Below are positions 63,679 to 64,000 of a stretch of DNA of 64,000 bases, one piece after another. Position 1 is the stretch's first letter. Each line of letters opens with the position of its first letter. The position numbers and the translations under genes were made by a program. The notes beneath the pieces are model-generated. The model ran no database searches, had not been told where the DNA came from, and was given only the letters and a program-made list of their open reading frames with translations. Source of the stretch: Gonapodya sp. JEL0774. Lineage: Eukaryota. The stretch lies in the NCBI GenBank assembly GCA_027604505.1, contig JADIIX010000010.1, positions 1-64,000 of the forward strand, read 5' to 3'.

Positions 63679-64000
63679 GGTGAGAGGACGAGCGCAGACG
63701 GATCTAGTTGTCTTTCAGAGGTATCCAACAGATCAGTTGGCCACAGTATGAGTGTGTATATACCATATCATTGAACATTGCGCAAGGAGTGTCTGTCAGC
63801 TGTGTCTGATTTTGTTGCGTAAATATATTATTGTTTGTGAATCACGCCAAGGCGGGAAATTGGTCGCCACGGACGGGTAAATCATACCTCCGGTGGTTTA
63901 GTGTGTGTTTCGAGAGTCGTGTGTGTGTTTCGAGATCATGTGGGGGAGCCTTAAAGCACCCTCAAGCACCCTCACGCATTTCCTTCACATTCCATTGAGC

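Noticed and set aside
354..63728. The many antisense and alternative-frame ORFs in the track (e.g. 1544-2011, 16153-16770, 25965-26435, 61741-62487)
   Set aside because: They are shadows of real exons on the other strand or frame, with no independent motifs.
63900..63980. Short direct repeats (GTGTGTGTTTCGAGA x2, AAGCACCCTCA x2)
   Set aside because: Two-unit micro-duplications without spacers or structure; not CRISPR-like.
1..64000. tRNA, rRNA, snoRNA or CRISPR features, including in the longer introns
   Set aside because: No recognisable signatures by eye. A covariance-model scan (Infernal/Rfam, tRNAscan-SE) would be needed to exclude them.

Overview
Intron-rich, gene-dense eukaryotic DNA that looks fungal. 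Short GT-AG introns and the gene set suggest an early-diverging, chytrid-like fungus, but that is inference. About 20 protein-coding genes can be reconstructed by eye: a membrane-anchored degenerate P-loop ATPase, an atypical glycogen synthase, ERG27-like 3-ketosterol reductase, VCX1-like Ca2+/H+ exchanger, PHO89/PiT phosphate symporter (with three upstream CACGTG boxes), mitochondrial L1, MED6, vigilin/SCP160, a bacterial-type GST, a coiled-coil protein, SPT2, a WD40 protein, NADH glutamate synthase GLT1, SNO1/PDX2, an ERF4/GOLGA7-like gene missed by the ORF track, a TMEM242-like gene, RRN5-like and EDC3. The most unusual part is 52.2-59.2 kb, a three-copy tandem array of a small 8-cysteine secreted, probably GPI-anchored protein. 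Its two spacers are homologous but carry a central segment in opposite orientations. One spacer also holds a ~2.3 kb insert with 6-bp direct repeats and a nested inverted-repeat element, and two copies look homogenised by gene conversion. Gene boundaries are manual splice reconstructions and approximate. No database searches were run.
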